Of a stretch of DNA of 64,000 bases, positions 54,772 to 64,000 are shown piece after piece; positions within the stretch are counted from its first letter, which is position 1; the number at the start of each line of letters is the position of its first letter. The notes under the pieces were generated by a model. It saw only the letters and a program-made list of their open reading frames with translations. It did not search any database and was not told the origin of the DNA. Origin of the DNA: Eledone cirrhosa (taxonomy: Eukaryota); the NCBI GenBank assembly GCA_964016885.1, contig OZ024741.1, positions 96,844,001-96,908,000 of the forward strand. Direction: 5' to 3'. Made by a program: the position numbers and the translations under genes.

Positions 54772-55003
54772 CATAAGAAACGGAGAATCAGTGGTGCGAC
54801 GATTTAAAATTTATTATTTATTATCGATGAATCGTGCCTCGAGCTGGTTGCCAGAGAAACGATTCCAATATGTCTAATCAATTTTAATTTGTCGCACCAC
54901 TGATTTTCCCTTTCTTATGTGATATCATACTCTGCTCTGTAAGAGCATCGAGTGCTCAAACGGCCTACTGCTAACGGACGCTTTAAGCATCCCACGCCAT
55001 TTG
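54772..55003. mobile_element. Small fold-back element with tail
   Basis: Arms TAAGAAA.GG..AATCAGTGGTGCGAC and GTCGCACCACTGATTTTCCCTTTCTTA. Confidence 0.6.
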
Positions 55004-57483
<2,480 letters not shown>

Positions 57484-57608
57484 TGTTTTGTACCCTTACG
57501 TTGCTATTGATTCACCAGCCTGAACACTCGATGCATATTTCGGTTTAGAATAGGTATTGGTGTTATACTATGGTCGGTCTCACTTATATGCAGAGTGTTA
57601 ATAATAAT

Positions 57609-57700
57609 TGTTTCCTTTTTTAGCACAAGGCCAGCAATTTCACAGTGCATTACTGGTACTTTATTTTATCGACCCTGTAAGGATGAAAGGCAAAGTTAAT
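57609..57700 (-). mobile_element. 5'-truncated SINE with TSD
   Basis: CAGAGTGTTAATAATAAT at 57591-57608 and 57701-57718. Confidence 0.88.
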
Positions 57701-57789
57701 CAGAGTGTTAATAATAATAATGATGGGTAGGAATGAGGTGTGAAAATATCATTAAATTTATTCACGATTGATCTACTCAAGGTACGATC

Positions 57790-58810
57790 TCTAACTGGAA
57801 TAAATAGCTCATCACACCTGTATAAACCTTACTCCGAAACCTTTCGGAAGAACCACATTTTGGCTGCTCATACTCGCGATCGTCTTCTTTGGCCTTTAGC
57901 CAACATTATTGGCCATTGTCACTGATATCTAATTAAGGATCGACTCCTTTGCGTTTACACCTTCCTCCTATCTTTTAACGACCGAATGCTGAAGGTGGCG
58001 CATTATTGGACCATCTTTTAGAATTCCTGCTCTTAATTCAACTTCCAGTAATCCAGAGCAGCCCCATTTTACTTCAACGTCTCAAACTGCTTGCATGGAA
58101 CTCTATTCACATGTAGAGTGAACTGCGCAGACTTGCTTCAGAGGATGTTTGTCACATTCTTCGTATCACTGATTTACATTCCTGCCAATGGCACTTGACA
58201 GCAAACCTATCAGGTGTATATCGTAGATCAACTTACGACGAGATTGCTTGTATCATGTGGTCCGCAAATTCCAGCCGAGTGATCCTACACATACCAGTCT
58301 TTATACTACTTCCATCCTGGCTGTATATGTTATTCCTTTCCGTGAAGATTAGCAACACTACGCGCACTTGTCGGAGTCCGACACACACATTGAATTCGTC
58401 TGAATCAGCATCATTTGTCCTATGTCAAATACTTGGACATTCGTATAAATAATTTAAAGTTATAAGAAGCTGCCCATCGATTCTATCTCTGCAGAAGTAT
58501 CCACGACATGTGTCCTGGAACGCAATCGCATGCATTTTCGAGATCTACGCCATATGCATGCAACGTTTGGCAACACTCTCACAGTTTTCCTAAGATCTGT
58601 CTCTCTGTGAATATTTGTTCAGCCGGACTTCATCCGGAGCAAAAGTCACTCTGTTCATTAGATAGTTTGGACTCGACAATATTCCTACATCACTTATTGA
58701 CTTTACTGGAGAGTTTTAATAGGGAAATCACTTTGTAATTAGCGCAATCTCTGGGGCCTGCCTTTTTGAAAAAAAAAAGGTTTATTATTCCCGATTGCTA
58801 AGCTGCCTTT
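57790..58810 (-). pseudogene. Decayed RTE-clade reverse transcriptase
   Basis: CANYKVISLL..CRNIVESKLSNEQSDF..AEQIFT..VDLENACDCVP..FNVCVGLRQ..RLEFADH..DRFA..GM*IS..K. Confidence 0.8.
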
Positions 58811-59289
58811 TCAGACAGTGTTTAGAGGAATATATTTATTTGGTTATTATTAAGAATTAGACGAAGTGGCCCACCCCAGATTGACTTGAATTTTGTGTAA
58901 ATTATTCAAACGAAACTTCAGTATGCCTGTCAATATGAAACATAGCAACAATATCCAGTGAGACATCAAACATTGTGTTTAATTTAAAAAAAGACATTTA
59001 AGAAATGTAAACAAAGAATGCGGCAATATATACGCACATGCAAAACTACACTCATATAAACACACACATACAATTCATTTATACATATATGAATCCGTAA
59101 TTATGAATGCGTGATAATAAAAGCATACATAAATCCATACAGTGCAAGCGAGTTTCTTTAATATAATACTCTCAAACGGAAACAAATATTCTTCTGTTAA
59201 GTAAAACAGTAAAAGTTGCCTTTTAAGTGAAAGCAATAACAGAGACGATGTTTATTAAGATGTAAGAAACCAATTTCGTTACAAGCGAA

Positions 59290-59394
59290 AGTATATATAT
59301 ATATATGAATGTATGTATGTGTGCATGTATGTATATATTTATGTATGTATGTACATAATTATATACATACATATAAACATACACTCACACATGC

Positions 59395-59474
<80 letters not shown>

Positions 59475-59550
59475 TTATATGTATATATATATATTCATAT
59501 ATATATATATGCATATCTATATATGCATAAATATATATGGATATTGTATA

Positions 59551-59637
<87 letters not shown>

Positions 59638-59720
59638 TATATATATACATATATATATAGTATATATATATATATATATATAGTATATATATATATATAT
59701 ATATATATTTATGTATGTAT
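59290..59720. repeat. Long (TA)n-rich compound microsatellite
   Basis: Read directly. Confidence 0.95.
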
Positions 59721-62700
59721 ATATTTATTTCTGCTAGCATACATATGTGTATATATGGGCATTGAAAAAAAAAGTCTCGAAAATATAGTCCATGGTTCTT
59801 TAATCAAGAATTCAATAGAAGTATTTTTAAACTTGATAATAGAAGACAGAAACAAAGGGAAAGAAAGAAAGAATAAAGAAGGGAATCATAGTGAAGTCAA
59901 TGAAGAAATGGAAAATTAAACGCAGAAACAAAAGGAATATGGAAGTAGAAAGAAAACTGCAAAGAAAATATGGAATAATAAAAGGTTAAAGTAACTGAAA
60001 ATTGAAACATGAAATAGTGTTCTGTTTGAGGAGTCTAAGTGGAAACTAGAGCAAAGTAAATGAACAACGATGAAAAAAAAAATCCCAATCGATATTGTAA
60101 TCACTAAAGTAAACTAGAAAACTGATAGATACATTATGAAAAAAGAAACAATAGAAATAAACAACATCGTGGTAAGGCACATAAAAGCAAACGTAACCAT
60201 ATATGACTTATTCTTCTTCTATATTTGCAAATTCAGCAAAGCATCTACAGCACTGTATGTGCATACATTTTTATGTGTGTGAGTGTGGCTGTGTGCGCGA
60301 TTGTATGTTTTTCCTACCTAAGTTTTATGAATGTTATTACTATTATATATTTATTTTTATTTTCTTCTAATGTTGTTTGCACAACCCAGTTTCATTCTCT
60401 CTTATATTATGAGGCAAAATATTGTATTTTACTATTCAATTTTACTACAATATTTTTATTGTTATGCTTTGTTATTTTTATTATTATTATTATTAATATG
60501 ATTATTATTGTTGTTGCTGTTGTTGTTGTTGTCATTACCTTAAGTTTTAGCGTTATTATATGATAAATATTATTATTGTTAATATTATTGCTATTATTGC
60601 AAACTTTATTTTGTTTATTATGATTGCTTTTTTTGTTACTGCTATTGTTGTTAGTATTAATACTCCTGAATTCATTTTTTTATTCTCTTGTGATGCTATT
60701 GATGTTGTTATTTTATGATATTTATGGCGTTGCTTTTGTTCATGTTCTTGTTGTTGCTAATAACAGTGAATGCATCAAAGTTCTTCAATCATCTTAACAG
60801 GCTTCTGTACGTTACATTGAACTATTATTTCAGTATGTCTATTTTTCACAACTTTGCAGGCTTTTAGATTTCCAGACGGTCTATTCTATTTTTTGACAGC
60901 CCGCCATTAGGTATTGATTGTAAAGAAAAAGTGTTCTGTCGCAATAAAATCGTAATTCATAGAATACTTATTGGAGACAATTTTACAGAGTCAATAGAAT
61001 ATTGAGAATCTACGTCTATGAGCGAAATGAGTATCTTTGCTATTTTATATTTATTTCGTTATTACAATTTTACAAGCCTGGGTTCTGATCAATAAAGCTA
61101 TTGAACTGGTCAATATCGTTGATCACACTAAGGTCATTTACTTACAAATGACATAAGGTCATATGTATATATCATGACAATATGCCATGCGACTATAGTG
61201 AACACTGAAGCATTATTTCAGAATATTTTACATAATTTTTACTATATAATGATTTTCACCAAGCGTGTCAATGAAATGTGAAAATGGCAACATAAAGATC
61301 ATGATCGCATCATTTATCAAAGTAACCGTCAGATTGTCATAAACGGCAATGATTTACGTGCTTATATACTTATTTTGGATTTAGATACGAAAATTAAAAA
61401 AAATCAACAACCTGTCTATTATTCTCAAACCTCTCTGAACTATACATTGGCAATACACAACAATTTATAATATGTTTTACAGCTCCATCCTTCCAAAGTC
61501 CAAAGTTTCCTCACCCGATTTTTTCCATCGAAGAATAATGTTAAACACAACACTGTCGAACTAGAAGGCGTTCGTCCCATGGGATAGCTCTTCAGCAGAG
61601 AATTATACCAACCTGTGAGAAATAGACACTCTATCTAGATTTATGCATACTGCATGCACTTGCGAGATTGTCATAAAAGTGTATATAAAAAAAATGTCCC
61701 ACTCAAATAATCTCTATATGAGAATAGAGTATAACAAATTAAAGAGGGATATTCAGCATTTGTGATCATAGCAAAATGATTGTAGATGATTTGCTGCCAA
61801 GACACATGTGTGATGGAGATATATACAAATGTGTATTGTAGACGCTAAAATCTTTAACAAACTTATGCCCAGGGAATGAATGATATCGACATTAACATAA
61901 TGATGATAATGTTATGTTAAATAGTAATTGGAAACTCATAAAACAGTGTGTTATGAATAACTAAGTTAAATTCATTTCGGAGGTACAATTGTATACGTTG
62001 GGATTCGGTATCATTGATACCAGAATAATAGTAGTACCTATGGATGGACGTGTCTTGCATTGTAGTCTCCAAGTGTCACGCTTTGTTATACCTTAGTATT
62101 GTAAGGATAAACCACCGTTGATTATAGCGTGTATTCGTAGAAGTTGTCGCATTATTGTAATTGTGGTGGTTGTAAAAGACTTTGCAATAGCAATATGTGG
62201 AAGAAATATTTGTTATCGATTTACAAAATCCCAGACCTCATTCGATAACCGTGTGGGGTGGAACTAATTGTATCTGACCAAGGAAAGAATGTTTCTATTG
62301 GCCTTTTCAATGCTGATAATATCAACAGGTCGGAACACTGGCAGAAAGAGCAATGGGAAAAAATGTGTCTTGTTCAAGAACATAATATTTGAGTATAACC
62401 ATCTCAATTTCCATGTTTTAGCAAATGTAAAGTCTAATACATTTATGTTGGGGTTCTATCTTCACTACTTTGGAGAATTCAGTAAAGGGTTATAGGAGGA
62501 GAGAGCCCTATCACCCCATTTGTCGGGAAATTTTAAATGCTATTCGTTTTCTTAAGCTTTTTAATCGCATCCAAATGTATTTCATTCTGCCTGTTCCCAT
62601 TCCTCTTTCTATCCAAAATATGTTTATTCCATATATGGTAAACAAAAGCTAACTCTTCTAAAAAGTTGCAGTAAATTGGACTCGGCATTAGACTGGACAA

Positions 62701-63224
62701 GATCTATGTAATCTTACACCCTACTCTAGTAAACACATACGGAAATCTTGGGAGAAGAATCAGAATGGAAATTGAAAATCAATTCGTTCTTTCCGTGTCT
62801 TGTGCCGGGTACTAACAAGACATTATGAAGTTGATAAAAATGTTGCGTATAGTGTAAGACATGTATAAATCTTGGGTCCTTTAAAAGTATCATGTGAAGT
62901 TTCCTTACCGTTTTTAACAAAACGGTACGTGTGAAAAATGCACAACATAAGAATAAAAATGATTCTGAAAATGAAACTTCGGAAAGATAGCCATAGCTCA
63001 AACAGGTCAGTAGTCAGTACAAAAATAATTTAGTTAACATTGATTATTCCTGCAAACAAATTAAGAAAATAAACTATAATTTATTTTGTATGAACTAATT
63101 TATTTTTGTTATGCAAAAGTATACACAATAAACAAAACATTAGATGCTTCTTGAACTCTAATTCTTATCTTCCCTCCATAATGTGATTTGTATTGAATTA
63201 TTTAATATTGTGACCTTCTTTCCA

Positions 63225-63298
<74 letters not shown>

Positions 63299-63360
63299 TT
63301 GTGTGTATATATATATACATACATAAATACAGACATAAAATATATACATTCATACGCGCG

Positions 63361-63428
<68 letters not shown>

Positions 63429-64000
63429 AATATATATATATATGATTCTGTGTGTATATTTGTTCGAGTACCTATACAATCTTGCACACATACATGTCTA
63501 TACATATTTCTATATCAGGAGATATTCACGAACTAAATTTACAATAAAATTAAACTTTTCAGAACTACTTTACCATTAGCATTCTTGAAGTTATTTCATT
63601 ACCAGAACAATATTACTTTATAGAATACATTTAATCTATATGGAATACTCGCCAAATATCCAGACAAAATTAAATTAAAGCATTTTTAGATGAGATATTG
63701 GGATTTATTTTTCCAAAGAATAAAATACATTTTTTAAAGATTACTGAAATATTTTCCTAGCTAAGTAACTAAATTTACTCAATGCAATTAAATTAGGTGT
63801 GTAAATTATGTACATAATTTTGCGAAAAGGGTTTAGAAATGTTCGGCCTTGTTATCTTTGTCTTGTTATATGGTAAATGCTTGATGATGATTAGATAGAA
63901 CAATGTTAAAACATACACCCATTTAGACAGACGTATAAATACACTCATGAAAATACATGTGAAAACACTTCGAAATACCCGGTATATTTAATAGTCTGCT

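Noticed and set aside
62045-62075. LGDYNARH APE-endonuclease-like motif on the minus strand
   Set aside because: Isolated, surrounded by stops, and no other endonuclease motifs found.

Overview
This is AT-rich, microsatellite-saturated animal DNA, intronic or intergenic, with no host protein-coding gene I can support. The tRNA-derived SINE and the extreme (TA)n/(CA)n load suggest a cephalopod such as octopus (inference). Nearly all ORFs in the track are translated microsatellites. Recognisable content: about 11 copies of one tRNA-derived SINE; decayed RTE-clade and L1/Tx1 LINE fragments, one with a twin-priming-type inversion; a near full-length decayed Chapaev3-like DNA transposon (32681-34932); and two Penelope-like (PLE) GIY-YIG relics, one Naiad-type and one Neptune-type. 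The main finding is about 19 type-I hammerhead ribozyme (HHR) motifs, folded by eye, from 10 or more unrelated non-coding element families. Most abut (TA)n tracts and many form fold-back or inverted-repeat structures. Several carry a compensatory U3-A8 core (TTGA-N-AA instead of CTGA-N-GA). One family has tandem HHRs 587 nt apart, a retrozyme/circRNA-like layout. None of the folds or family assignments was computationally verified.
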